The notes: generated by a model from the sequence alone, not told the origin. A DNA stretch of 64,000 nt from Azolla caroliniana (GCA_043228905.1 JBHGNT010000016.1:7564001-7628000), one strand, 5' to 3'. Shown: positions 24,387 to 37,983, numbered from the stretch's first letter. A program made the numbers and translations.

Positions 24387-25924
24387 AAGAAGATTATCAA
24401 CTCTGGATCATCCAATGAAAACCGGCCTGAGGACACAAGGACCTACCCGATTGAAAACCGGGTGTTAGCCGGTAACCGGATGACACTCAAGGAACCGGCC
24501 AGATATGGACAGGAAACCAAACCGACCGAAGAAGAAGAAAAAGAAGAAGAAGACACTGGAATCGGACAAGATCCCGAATTGGATGAGGATGAGGAGCAGA
24601 CGCAAGAACCGGTAGTCAGAAACCAGGGACAAAGATTTCTGGATGCAGAGCATGTGTTGCTAACCGATGAGGGCGAGCCGCAAAGCTTCAAAGAAGAAAA
24701 GAGAGACACCCACAACTGCAAGTGGTTGAGTGCCATTCAGGACGAGATGGATTCCCTGCATGAGAACCACACGTATGAACTGACGGAGTTGCTGAAAGGG
24801 AAGAGAGCACTCTGGAACAAGTGGGTGTATGATCTGAAACCGAGAGACGCCGGAAATTCACCAAGGTACGAAGCCCGGATAAAGGTTTCAAGACTGCATT
24901 CGTACATGGTGAACTCGAAGAAGAGATCTGCATGCATCAACAGGAAGGATTTGAGAAGAAAGGGAAGGAGCACCTAATGTGCCGGCCGAAGAAGAGCTTA
25001 TACGGACTGAAACAAACTCCCCGGAAATGGTACCGGAAGTTCAACTCCTTCATGACCGACCAAGGGTACCACAAAACACAAGCCGATCACTATGTGTTTG
25101 TGAAGAAATTTGACGGAGGAGATTTCCTTATACTCCTCCTGTATGTGGATGATATGTTGATCGTTAGACGAGACCAAGGCAAGATTCGAATGCTAAAGAA
25201 GGCCCTGAACCCGACCTTCTCAATGAAAGACTTGGGACCAGCAAGACGGATATTGGGAATGCACATCATTCGGGACCGGTCGAAGAAGTTGTTGTGGTTG
25301 TCACAGAACAAGTACGTGACAGAGGTGCTTCAACGGTTTAAAATGTTGGAGGCGAAGCCAGTCGGATCAACACTTCCGGCAAACTGCAAGCTATCCGGAA
25401 AACAAAGCCCGAGAAGGAAGGAGGAGAAGATAGATATGATGAAGATTCCATGGAATCGAATATGTCGGTTGATGCGGATACTAGCCGGTCTATATCCGGA
25501 TATGTCATGACTTATGTAGGGGGGATTGTTTCGTGGCAGTCGAGGTTGCAAGAGACGGTTGCGTTGTCAACCACGGAGGCAGAGTACATGGCAGTTGTAG
25601 AAGCCGGTAGGGAGATAATCTGGATGAAGGACTTCATCGGAAAGCTAGGAGTCCAACAAGAGGAATACCAGCTCTAGTGCGATAGTCAAAGTGTCATTCA
25701 CCTTGCAAAGAACGCGGCCTACCATTCCCGGATGAGACATATCCAGCGGAGGTACCACTGGATCCGGGAGAGAGTAGAAGATCAAGAGTTCGTGCTGACG
25801 AAGATCCATCCGGAGGAGAACGGGTCAGATATGCTGACCAAAGTGCTGACAACTGACAAACGGGACGCGTGCCGAAAGCGGATCGGGCTAACAAGACATC
25901 CCATGCCGGAGTGAAGGGAAAGAT

Positions 25925-26429
25925 TGTTGGGAAATAGGTCCCTCCAGATGGGATCCAGTGATGAATAAAGAGGACCCGGTGAGAACCATAAGAGATCCGG
26001 AAACCGGAGGAGACCTAGTGAGAACCGTAAGAGAAGACATATCTGTAAATATGTTTTGAGTAAGCCTATTGAGGCTATATTTGTAAATCGCCCTAAGTTC
26101 ATATAAGTATAAATATGACTTAGGGTAATCACTTTATAGAGTGGCTGTTGTCATATTGTTGTACAAAGAGAGCGATAGAGAGAGTGTGTGTGAGATACAG
26201 AGTGATACTTTGTTGTAACTGCCAGTTGGCGAAGATACAGAGCTCGAGATCGCTGCCTCCGAGCCTCAAATTGTACCTTTCTCCTATAGTGATAGTTGGA
26301 GTCCATGGGCTCCCATGGTTTTTCCCATTTAAGGTTTTTCCATGTAAACATCCTGTGTTTCATTCCGAGTGAAACGATTCAAGATTCGGTTGAGGCCGAA
26401 CAATATTCCTGGTTTTTTTCTCTTCATCA
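25925..26429 (+). repeat. 3' LTR of element B
   Basis: Follows the PPT; similar to the LTRs of E and L; right end uncertain by a few bp. Confidence 0.78.
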
Positions 26430-28885
26430 CGGTTCTGATCGGATGGGAAATGAAGTCGCATGCCGAATTGTTGGCATAGGAGACGTGTGGTTGATGACGT
26501 CGACCGAGTGCAAGTTGCTACTGAAAGATGTACGACACCTTTCGGAGGTTCGCTTGAACTTGATATCAATCGGTCGGGTAGATGATGAAGGCTACACGAG
26601 TAGCATCCGGAGTGGAGTTGTGAACTTTTGCAAAGGAAGCCTGATCGTGGCCCAAGCCTGGAAGATCAACATATTGTACCTTATGCATGCCCGGATATGC
26701 CGGGAGGAAGTGAACGTGACATGCGAAAATGCCGGTGAGTTGTGGCACAAGAGGTTGTGCCACATGAGCCAGAAAGGGATGAGAAGACTTGCCGAAGATA
26801 ACCTCATTCCGGATGTGAAAGACATGCATCTTTAGAAATGCCACAATTGCCTGGCCGGCAAGCAGAACCGAACCTCTTTCCGGTCGAGACCATAGTCGAG
26901 ATGGAATGCACTACTGGAACTTGTGCATACCGATGTATGCCAAGTGGACAAGAAGTCACATGCCGGATTGTAGTACTTCGTGATGTTCATAGACAACCAT
27001 AGCCGAAAGTTGTGGGTCTCACCATATCCGTCTTCAAGGAATTCCACGTGAGGGTGGAACGGGAAACCGGTCGGAAGCTGAAGGTGGTTCGAGCAGACAA
27101 CGAAGGTGAATACCGGGGGTCGTTTGAGGAGTATTGTTGGTCAAAGGGAATCCGGCTTGAATTTACCGTGCCGAAGACGCCGGAACTAAACTGATTGGTC
27201 AAAAGGATGAACCAGACCGTGATGGAGAGAGTCCAGAGCATGTTGGCACATGCTAAGTTGCCCAAGACATTTTGGGCTGAGGTGCTGATGACGGTGACGT
27301 ACGTGATTAACAGATCACCCTCAACACCCTTGGACGGAGACACAGCACAAAGAGTATGGACTGGTAAAGACATATGTTACCGGCATTTGAAAGTGTCTGG
27401 CTGTCTCGCCTACGTACATGTTGCAAAGGACAAGACAACAAAGTTGGATTCGAAGTAAAGCATATTCCTTGAAAATGGCAATGATGAGTTCCGGTACTGA
27501 GTGTGGAACCTAATTGACAAGAAGGTGTTCTGGAGTTGAGACATAATCTTCATGGAAGATAAGATTATTGTTGATTGGGAGTTGGAGAAGAAGACGATGG
27601 ACTCCGGGCCAACCGACAGAGATCAGTTGAAGGATACAAGGGCCCATCCGACCGAAAGCTGGATGACACTCGAAGAATTGGTTGGATTCAGACAAGAAAC
27701 CAAATCAACTGAAGAAGAAGAAGAATCAGACACCGGAACCGGACAAGACCCCGAATCGGATTCGGATGAAGAACAAATGGAGGAACCGGTGGCTGAAGAC
27801 AAAGGAAGAAGATATCCTATCAAGGAGAGAAGAGCCCACTGACGATTTCTGGATGCTGACCGACAAGGGGGAGCCGAAAAGCTTCGAAGAAGCAAAGAGA
27901 GACACTCATAGCCGCAAGTGGTTAAGTGTCATGCAGGACGAGAAGGATTCCTTGCATGAGAACCACACATATGAATTCACGGAGCTACAGAAAGGAAAGA
28001 GAACACTCCAGAACAAGTGAGTGTACAAGTTGAAACCGAGAGACTCTAGAAATCCACCAAGGTATAAGGCCTACATTGTGGTGAAGGGATTCCAGTAGAA
28101 GAAAGGAGTGGACTTCGATGAGATCTTTGCCCCGGTAGTGAAGATGACATCTATCCAGACGGTGTTGAGCATAGTGGCAAGCATGGACCTCGAGGTAGAG
28201 CAACTAGACGTCAAGACAACATTCCTACATGGCGACCTCGAAGAAGAGATCTACATGCAACAGACAAAAGGATTCATCAAGAAAGGGAAGGAGCACCTAG
28301 TATGTCGGTTGAAGAAAAGCTTATACGGATTAAAGCAAGCTCCCCGGCAATGGTACCGGAAGTTCGACTCCTTCATGACCGATCAGGAATACCAAAAGAC
28401 ATAGGCTAATCACTGTGTATTTGTGAAGAATTTCGATGGAGGAGACTTCTTAATACGCCTGCTATATGTGGATGACATGCTAATCGTCGGACCGGACCGA
28501 ACGAAAATTGGGAATGCCTTTGATTGGACTCTCTCAATGAAAGATTTGGGTCTGACGACACCCATTCTGGGGATGCGCATAATCCAGGACCGCTCAAAGA
28601 AGAAGTTGTGACTGTCATAGGAGAAGTATGTGATGAAGGTATTTCAAAGGTTCAACATGTCGGATGCAAAGCCGGTCGAATCGACACTCCCGGCAAACTG
28701 CAAGCTGTCTGGGAAACAATACTCGAAGACCAAGACGAATAAGTCGGAGATGATGACCATACCATATGCCTCTGCCGTCGGAAGCCTGATGTATGCAATG
28801 GTGTGTACTTGGCCGGATATCGAATATGTTGTCAGAGTAGTTAGCCGGTTCATGAGCAATCCGGGAAGAGATCACTGGACCGCGG

Positions 28886-30016
28886 TGTCGTGAAAATCTG
28901 TCACTATGTGCGGATCGTGAGGCGAAACCGCTGGGGTCCTAGACCAGAAGGATTCGAAGTTTGCACTAGCTATAGCAAGAAAGTATTTAAGATAAATTGA
29001 AAGAGAGAGAGATTGAGATAAGATAGAACGCTTGACTTTAAATTGAGAGAGATTGAAATGAAGAGAGAGATTAAGATTGAACCCTTGACTTTAGATTTAA
29101 GGAACAAGATATATCATCAATTGGATAATTAATTTTCTTCTTATTAAATTCTTGATTCATACATTGCCCCCTTTTGATCTTTTTCATCCACTCTTTTATA
29201 GATGTTCACATGCATATGATACATGTGAGGGTACAAGACATGCATACAATGGATGGAATGCATGTGATACATGTTTGCCGTTTGGTGCTCATGCATTACA
29301 TGTGATGCATGACGACCATGTCACTCATTCAACCTCTAATATGAGAATTTACATGAAAAAGTATAATGATAGAAAAAGCATTTTTAGAGAAATGACTTGG
29401 ATTAGTGCTAAGTTTATTGCCTCCTATCTTGGGGGTGCCAGGTTTAAGCCTTGCTTGCATCCCTTTGAATACAAAATTTTACTAGGTTTTTTAGTCTAGA
29501 TGATTTTGTTCGTTTCACACCGAAATCATCGCGATCAACCTATCCGATCGATCTGTCTATCCGGTTCGCATACAACCCGGTGATCCGGTCCATCCGGTTC
29601 TGGTGCCGGTTTGGCCGCCGTCGCCGTCCGGTCCGGTCCTCCAAAACCATTATGAGTAGTTAAGCCACACTTTAGCCCAAGAACATTCTGTGCTCCACAC
29701 ATAGACAAAAAGTAATAAGTTCTAGCTCTACTTATATACTGTGGGATCCTGATTTGTCCTATCTATGTGCGATATCTCATAGTTTTGTTTTTCTCTTCTT
29801 CTTCTTAAACTTCACATTCAGATAACTTGACATTTAGTTGTCCGTTTTCAAATGTAGTAAAGTACATTCGGAAGCTCTTGAAGACATCCATCTTTTCGTA
29901 CCAAGATATTAAAATAATCTAAAATAATATCTTTACTATTATTGTTTCATATCGTGTGTGAAGAACCACACTCGATTTTGTATGTTCCTCGCAATTTTCA
30001 CACCATTTCCGAAGAT
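28886..30016 (-). repeat. 3' LTR of element G (~1.13 kb; inner terminus lost by a ~10-bp deletion)
   Basis: Direct repeat of 32455-33739. Confidence 0.88.
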
Positions 30017-30515
30017 TCACCCCCACCAAACCGCACGTCCTCCGTTACGTGCCAAGAAGAGAGTGTGTGAGATTTCGGCTATGGTGATTAGTACAATTCC
30101 TCCATTTTGAGCATGTCTATTTCTTTCACTCAAATCATTGTCGCCACCCAATCTACCATATCATTCGTTTTTTCTTTGCTTTACGATGACTAGTTTTCAT
30201 TGTCCCTTGTTCTCTTCTTGAGGATAACCGTTTAGGTCTCATGGATGTTCCACCTTTGTCTCGATCATCTCCTTGCTAAAGGCACTTTGACCCATCATGC
30301 ATTTTTTTTTTCTATCTTCCTCCACAAGTCTTTATTTGAATAATGGCAATGAATACCCCATGTAGTACTTTTAAGTGCATGTCTACTTCAAGATTCTTAT
30401 GCAACCATGCTCTATGCTTCTCACTTTGTTCACTTTCATGATACAATCTCATGTTAGAGTTGACAATCTTCACACTAGCATCTTTGCTACATGTTTTGAT
30501 CACATTCTTCGGATC

Positions 30516-32416
30516 CTAATGGCTTGCTTGGCCACCGTCATCCCTTGTCATACTTTGCTCAAACTCTTTGTTGTACGCATCGACTTTTGTCTCTATGCTT
30601 TGCTTGACCTCTTCCTCCCACACATCAGCTTCAACACTTGCTTCTTCGTCGTCATTGTCCTTCTCTTGGGTCTTACATCGATTAATGCCCAAGTCTCCAG
30701 AACGATTGTGGAGAGATTCATATGTATTTGTCGGCCACTCCCCAACATCATTATTTGCAACAACTCGGACCTTTGCTTCCCCGCCATCATCTTCTGTCTC
30801 TTGGGTCTCACGTTGGCTTTGAACCACAACTGCCCAAGTCTCTAGAACATGTGCGAAGGAATCCGTTTGTCTTTGGTCAATTGCCTTCGACACCATTTTC
30901 TTGATGTCATCTTTCACATTAGATTTGAACTCCCCTTGTTGCCACCTTCCGTCTCTTGGGTCTTCTGTTGGTTCTCGAACGCAACTGCCCAAATCGCTGG
31001 AACCAATGTGGGGATAGTTTTGTCACTGCCATCATTCACCATCGACTCGTCCATATCTATCTTCGCCGCAATGTTGTGCACACCATCTTGGTCCCGCCCC
31101 TTACTACCACCTTCCATCTCTTGGGTCTTATGTTGGCTCTCTACAACTGCCCAAGTCTCTGGAACTTCTATGAAGGAATCCTCGACACGGCCATCTGCCA
31201 TTAATTCTTCCATAGCCACCTCTGACTCGATGTCATTTTTCATGGCTATCTCTTCAATCTCCTGGGGCTCGTACCCATTGACCCTCTTGATTGAACAAGC
31301 TTCGATTATGCTTCTCTCTTCGTCGCATGTATTCATTTCGACCTTCGTCTCCTCGCCGACACCTTCCGTCTCTTGGGTCTCACGTTGGTTCTTGGATGCA
31401 ATTGCCCAAGTCTCTGGAACAAGTGCGGAGAAAATGTGACCATGGTCGTTGTCGACGCTTGTTATCTTGTTCATAGTCACCTCCTCGATGTCATCTTTGG
31501 CAGCTAGATCCTCAATTACACTAGCCTAACACTCTTTATCTCCATTGATGCAAGCTTTGATTAGGCTTGTTCCTTCATCATCCGATGTTTTGAACACGAT
31601 GCGTGTTCCGAAACATTCATCCTCCCTCAGAGTGGCCTTCTCCATCCTCGAGTCGTCATCAATCTTCTTTTCATGTAGGTTTCTTTGTTTAGGCGTCTAG
31701 ACTTCTTTAGGTGGTCTTGATTTTTCTACGCTTGACCTTACCAAGTCAATATCATCAAGCAATTGACGACGTCTATCGATCTGGTTGCACGCTCGCTTCA
31801 CTACAGCCCAATCTGTCACAAGCCCATTTTCTTGGGTTTCATCTTAAACAAGAGTCCCCAATTCTCGTTTATGCTTCATGTCCACGACTTTCAAGAAGTA
31901 CAAAGTCTTGTCCTCAAGCAACATTTGGTCCTTGTTCGGAAGATGACTATACATCTGGTCGAATTCGTCGTACACCCTCGAGGCACTCATCTTCTTATTT
32001 TTCTTCTCTATCCACTTCATCAAGGCATGTCGAGTCATTTTCGACAAATCTTCCGTCGCGATCTCCGCTAATATTGCTTTCTCAAACTCAAACCATGTAG
32101 TATTGCCTTCTTGAAGGTCGATGACGCGTCTTTAGATGTTGTTGGCGACTACTCTCTTGAAACTTGTAATTTGATGTGCTTCAGACATGTCCCTTTGATT
32201 CATCTCACTTTTGTATGCATCAAGGAACTTCGTAATGTTCCTTCCATCAAATTTACCCTCAAGCTCCACGACACGGTCGATGACCTTCTCCACGCTCGCA
32301 TCGTTGTCTCGAGATCTCATCATTTGTTCGACAATAGCATCATCCTTTCGAATTCTCCGGCTAGATTGCTTGAGGATGCCATCTCCAAGCATTGGTCGAT
32401 CCTCCACTTGATCCAT
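30516..32416 (-). pseudogene. gag: Broken gag-like ORF of G with repeated ETWAV...QRETQETE motif
   Basis: GKFDGRNITKFLDAYKSEM (homologous to H, I, J), then acidic repeats in ORFs 30914-31480 and 30516-30992. Confidence 0.75.
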
Positions 32417-32429
32417 CCTACCGCCTCTA

Positions 32430-32446
32430 TCACGTCGGGTTCACCA
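32430..32446 (-). promoter_or_regulatory. PBS, tRNA-Trp (element G)
   Basis: Minus strand TGGTGAACCCGACGTGA, complementary to the plant tRNA-Trp 3' end ...UCACGUCGGGUUCA-CCA. Confidence 0.85.
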
Positions 32447-32454
32447 CTTAATTA

Positions 32455-33739
32455 TGTCGTGAAAATCCGTCACTATGTGCGGATTGTGAGGCGAAACCGC
32501 CAGGGTTCTGGACCGGAAGGATTCGAAGTTTGCACTAGCTTTAGCGAGAAAGTATTTAAGAAAGATTGAAAGAGAGCTCGAGAGACTGAGATAAGATAAA
32601 ACGCTTGACTTTAGATTGAGAGATATTGAAATGGAGAGAGAGATTAAGATTAAACCCTTGACTTTAGATTTGAGGAACAAGATATATCATCAATTGGATA
32701 ACGAATTTTCTTCTTATTAAATTCTTGATTCATACATCGCCCCCTTTTTATCTTTTTCATCCAATCTTTTATAGATGCCCCCATGCATATGATACATGTG
32801 AGGGTACAAGACATGCATATAATGCATCGAATGCATGTGATGCATGTTTGCCATTTGGTGCTCATGCATTATACATGTGATGCATGTTAACCATGTCACT
32901 CATTCAAGCTCTAATATGAGAATTTACATGTGAAAGTATAATGATATAAAAAACATTTCTAGAGAAATGACTTGGCTTAATGGTAAGTTTATTGCCTCCT
33001 GTCTTGGAGGTGCAAGGTTCAAGCCTTGCTTGCATCCCTTTGAATACAACTTTTTACTAGCTTTTTTAGTCTTGATGATTTTGTTCGTTTCACACCGAAA
33101 TCATTGCGATCAACCTATCCGATCGATCCGTCTATCCTGTCTGCATCCGACCCGATGATCCGGTCCATCTGATCCAGTTTGGTTCCGGTGTCGGTCCGGT
33201 CGTTGTTCCCGTCCAGTTCCGGTTCCGGTTCCGCACCGTTCGCCAGTCCGGTTTCGGTTCCGTCGTCGTCCGTCCGTTCCAGTTCCGGTTCCGTCTCTGT
33301 CCGGTGTCATCGTCCGTCTATTCCGGTTCTGTCGTCGTTCTTCCGGTCCGGTCCTCCAAAACCAGTACAAGTAGTTAAGTCACAATTTAGCCCAAGCACA
33401 TTCTGTGCTCCACACATAGACAAAAAGTAATAAGTTCTGGCTCTGCTTATATATTGTGGGATCCTGATTTGTCCTATCTATGTGGGATATCTCATAGTTT
33501 TGTTTCTCTTTTCTTCTTCTAAAACTTCACATTCACATAACTTGACATTTAGTTGTTCGTTTCAAATGTAGTAAAGTACATTCGGAAGCTCTTAAAGACA
33601 TCCATCTTTTCTTACCAAGATATTAAACTAATCTAAAATAGTATCTTTACTATTATTGTTTCATATCATGTGTAAAGAACCACACTCCATTTTGTACGTT
33701 CCTCGCAATTTCACACCATTGCCAAAAATCTTCACGACA
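32455..33739 (-). repeat. 5' LTR of element G (1285 bp)
   Basis: Adjacent to the PBS; TG...CA with TGTCGTG/CACGACA inverted ends. Confidence 0.9.
32973..33055 (+). promoter_or_regulatory. tRNA-like Pol III module in G LTR, antisense to the element
   Basis: A box TGGCTTAATGG 32973-32983; B box GGTTCAAGCC 33016-33025 within hairpin GCAAGG-TTCAAG-CCTTGC; TTTTT 33051-33055; decayed copy 29398-29450. Confidence 0.7.
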
Positions 33740-34215
33740 GCGGTCAAGTGGATACTCTGGTACTTGAAAGGCACCTCAAGTATGTGCCTCTGATTCGGCT
33801 CAGGAAAACCCCAACTTGAAGGATTCACGGATTCAGATATGTTAGCTAATGTGGATACCAATCGGTCTACATCCAGATATCTCATGACTTATGCAGCGGG
33901 AGCCGTATTGTGGCAATCGAGGCTGTAGAAGTCTGTTGCACTATCGACAATGGAAATGGAGTACATGGCAGTTGTAGAAGCTCATAAAGAGGTAATCTGG
34001 ATGAAGGACTTCATCGGAGAGCTAGGGATCCAACTATTGTAATAAACTAATTACTTTAGAATACGTAAAAAGAAAAGAAAATATAAAAACAAAAAGCTAC
34101 ACTATATGAAAAGGTGCACCCCAAAAATAGGGTAGCACCTATAATCACCACATTCCCTTTCTGTGTGGTCGGTTGGTTGTAGAGAGAGAGACAAAACATT
34201 CATTTAATAAAGTTT

Positions 34216-34264
<49 letters not shown>

Positions 34265-34348
34265 ATTTCTCAGAACGGTGAAGGAGTTCAACCCCACCAA
34301 GAATTGTGTTGCGGTGTTAATAACGAATGTGTGAATTAAAGAAATGAT

Positions 34349-34915
34349 TTTTGACCATGTCAAACGATGGAGTGATAGTGAATGTGGTGGCAAATGCCAC
34401 CCAGGTATCGTCTCCCACTTATCACATTGAAAAATTGAATGATAAAAACTATCAAGCATGGCGTATGACCATCGAAAATATATTAGAACAACATGACTTG
34501 TTAAATATTGTTGACGGAACCGATGTGTGCCCCGACATTAATGTCCCCACAAATGCACTTGACGTGCAAACATGGAAGCGACGTGATTTAAATGCTCACT
34601 TAGAACTTCTCCTTCATATGGAGGACACACTTTTCGACCATGTCAAATGGTGGAGTGATAGTGAATGTGGTGGCAAATGCCACCCAGGTATCGTCTCCCA
34701 CTTATCACATTGAAAAATTGAATGATAAAAACTATCAAGCATGGCGTATGACCATCGAAAATATATTAGAACAACATGACTTGTTAAATATTGTCGATGG
34801 AACCGACGTGTGCCCCGACATTAATGTCCCCACAAATGCACATTGACGTGCAAACATGGAAGCGGTGTGTTTTAAACGCTCGCTTAGAACTTCTCCTTCA
34901 TATGGAGGACACACT
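34349..34915 (+). repeat. 283-bp tandem duplication of the K gag start
   Basis: ATGs at 34357 and 34640 start near-identical peptides. Confidence 0.9.
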
Positions 34916-35274
34916 TAAGCAAAGTGTGAGAACCTTGACTACCTCCAAACAAATATGGGATAGATTAGAGGTTGATTACCTCCATGCGGACATTACATCC
35001 CAAGTTGCAAATTTAAAAACTTTAATAAATATGAATATGAATTAAAATGATGATGTTGACACATTTGTTCAAAAATGGATGTGATCCTTTAAGGACTTAG
35101 TTTGCCAAATTCCATTCAATCCGCCCTCTTGTTAGCCACCCTACCCCCATCATGACACAACTATCCCTTTGCGAAGGGTGTATATTTGGAAAACTCTCTA
35201 ACTCGCCATTTCCATCCCATCCTACAACGACCACTAAACCCCTCCAACTAGTACATATGGATATATGTGGTCCT

Positions 35275-35575
35275 TGTTGGGAAATCGGTCCCTCCGGATG
35301 GGATCAAGTTATAAATGAAGAGGACCCGATGAGAACCGGAAGAGATCCGGAAACCGGATCAGGTGGACCCAGTGACAACCAGACTACATTCGGAAACCAA
35401 ATAGGATGGACCCGGTGAGAACTGGAAGAGAAGAAATATCTGTAAATATGTTTTGAGTAAAAACCTATTGAGGCTATATTTGTAAATAGCCCTAAGTTCA
35501 TATAAGTATAAATATGAGTTAGGGCAATCACTTTAGGTGTACTTGTCATATTGTTGTAACTATTGTACAGAGAGT

Positions 35576-35612
<37 letters not shown>

Positions 35613-35889
35613 TACAGAGCAATACTCTGTTGTAACCGTCGCTTGGCGAAGAAACAGAGCTCGAGGTCATTGCCTCTGAGTCTCTGATTATACCTTTCTC
35701 ATATAGTGATAGTTTGGAGTTTGTGGGCTCCCGTGGTTTTTCCCTATTAGGGTTTTCCACATAAACATCCTGGGTATTTTCTTTTGGTGTACAAGTATTC
35801 ATCTCTATTCCCATTTTTCTGTTAGATCCTTAAACGAAGATACCTAAGACTCGGTTGTGGCCGAGCAGTATTTCGTGCCATTCTCTACA
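35275..35889 (+). repeat. 5' LTR of element L
   Basis: TGTTGGGAAATCGG...CTACA; matches 51406-52015. Confidence 0.92.
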
Positions 35890-37288
35890 AACTAGTATCA
35901 GAGCGAATAACACAGGAAATGGAAGAATAGTGCAGCGGCATGTTCAAGCTCATCAGCTCCAACTACTTAGTGTGGAAGTCGAAGATGAGGGATATGTTGG
36001 TGGTTAAAGATTTTTTGTTGCCGGTTCAATTCGGGTACAAGAGACCGGATAAGATCGACGGCACAGTGTGGGAAGTGATGCACATGAAGACAACGGCCTA
36101 CGTCCAGTGTTTCATCGACATGAGCCTGTACAACAACTTCAATGAAGAGAGCAAGGCTCATGAACTCTAGGAGAAGATCAACATCATGTTCCAGAACAAG
36201 AATGTCGTTAATCGAGTTTCGGTATTTCAGAAGCTAGTGAGGCTCTAGTACCAAGATGGCTCCAGTATGGCGGAGCACATCAATGCCGTCCAAGGATTGA
36301 TCCACCAGGCAACCTCATTGGAAGTACCTCTCACCGATGAGTTACTCGCATTACTCCTACTCGGTTCTCTCCCGGATAGTTGGGAGACATTAGTTGTCAC
36401 GTTGGGCAACACCGAGCCGGAAGAAAAGCAGTTGTCCCTAGCAAGGGTAAAATCAAGCTTGCTAGATGAAGAAGCTCGCCGGAAGGACCGAGAGTCCAGA
36501 ACCGATCCGAAGGCCTTGGTCACGGAAGATGACAATAATCGTGGAAGACGCCCCAAATTTGGGAAAAATCGAGAACGAGGTCAAAGTCAAGGGGGAGGCC
36601 CACGTGCTTCTATTGTGGGAAGCCGGGACAGTTCTAGAAGAACCGTCGGCATTTCCGGAAAGATTTGTCGAACCCAGACAAGGTTGTCTTCCCTTCTTGA
36701 AGCTTGACAGCGCGCCTTTGGACGTTGTTGGCGACCACTCTCTTGAAACTAGCGATTTGATGTGCTTTAGACATGTCCCTCTGATTCATCTCTATTTTGT
36801 ATGCATCAAGGAACTTTGTAATGTTCCTTCCATCAAATTGACCCTCGAGCTCCACGACAGAGTCAACGGCCTTCTCCAAGCTAACATCGTTCTCTCGAGA
36901 TCTCATCATTTGTTCGACGATTAGCACTATCCTTTCGAATTCTCCCGCTTGATTGCTTGAGGATGCCATCTCCAAGTATTGGTCGATCCTCGACTTGATC
37001 CTTCCTACCGCCTCTTTGACGTCGGGTTCACCACTTAATTATGTCGTGAAAAATCCGTCACTACGTGCAAATCGTGAGGCAAAACCGCCGGAGTTCTAGA
37101 CCAAAAGGATTCGAAGTTTGCACTAGCTTTAGCGAGAAAATATTTAAGAAAGTATTGAAAGAGAGAGAGATTGAGATAAGATAGAACGCTTGACTTTAGA
37201 GTGAGAGAGATTAAAATGGAAAGAGAGGTTAAGATTGAACTCTTGACTTTAGATTTGAAGAACAGAAAATATTATCAATTGGATAACG

Positions 37289-37858
37289 AATTTTCTTCTT
37301 ATTAAATTATTGATTCATACATAGCTCCCCCCCATTTGATCTCTTTCATCCCCTCTTTTATAGATGCCCCCATGCATATGATATATGTGGTGGTACAAGA
37401 CATGCATACAATGCATGGAATGCATGTGATGCATGTTTTCCATTTGGCGCTCATGCATTACATGTGATGCATGACAACCATGTCACTCATTCAAGCTCTA
37501 ATATGAGAATTTACATGTGAAAGTATAATGATATAAAAAATATTTTTAGAGAAATGACTTGGCTTAGTGGTAAAATTTTCTTCTTATTAAATTATTGATT
37601 CATACATAGCTCCCCCCCATTTGATCTCTTTCATCCCCTCTTTTATAGATGCCCCCATGCATATGATATATGTGGTGGTACAAGACATGCATACAATGCA
37701 TGGAATGCATGTGATGCATGTTTTCCATTTGGCGCTCATGCATTACATGTGATGCATGACAACCATGTCACTCATTCAAGCTCTAATATGAGAATTTACA
37801 TGTGAAAGTATAATGATATAAAAAATATTTTTAGAGAAATGACTTGGCTTAGTGGTAA
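37289..37858 (+). repeat. 285-bp tandem duplication inside the I LTR
   Basis: 37289-37573 repeated at 37574-37858, apparently identical. Confidence 0.9.
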
Positions 37859-37983
37859 GTTTATGCCTCCTATCTTCCAAATTTGGTATACAAATTTTCA
37901 CTAGGTTTTTTAGTCTATATGAGTTTGTTCGTTTCACACTGAAATCGTCGCGATCAACCTATTCGATCGATCGATCTATCCGG

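Larger units (their letters stand above)
3294..26429 (+). mobile_element. Degraded Ty1/copia element B in three pieces (3294-3769, 11254-11852, 24392-~26429); hosts A, C and D and sits in copia F
   Basis: Pieces are colinear once C and D are removed (…TGTGGATCT|CACCATTGAAG…, …GGAGAAGAA|GATTATC…); RT has internal deletions; PPT ~25908-25923; 3' LTR 25925-~26429. Confidence 0.85.
28886..33739 (-). mobile_element. Non-autonomous tRNA-Trp-primed LTR element G (gag-like only, no pol)
   Basis: LTRs 28886-~30016 and 32455-33739 (TGTCGTG...CACGACA); PBS 32430-32446; PPT-like ~30017-30030 on minus strand; 4-bp TSD GCGG. Confidence 0.88.
26430..34034 (+). mobile_element. Degraded Ty1/copia element F (protease to RNase H, both ends missing); hosts B and G
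   Basis: RMGNEVACRIVGIGDV, integrase and RT remnants; coding sequence reads HWTA|VKWI across the G insertion. Confidence 0.85.

Noticed and set aside
30375-31439. Hydrophobic plus-strand ORFs 30375-30845 and 30849-31439, and other short antisense ORFs in the track
   Set aside because: They are shadows of retroelement frames on the opposite strand, with no independent motifs.
32960-33040. Functional tRNA genes at the tRNA-like modules (also 38078-38150, 54220-54295)
   Set aside because: No convincing acceptor or anticodon stems, and the T-loop geometry is non-standard; reported as promoter-like modules only.
34035-34345. Defined 5' LTR and PBS for element K
   Set aside because: LTR-like (TATA-like motif, CT tract, TAACG end) but there is no second copy, TSD or recognisable PBS.
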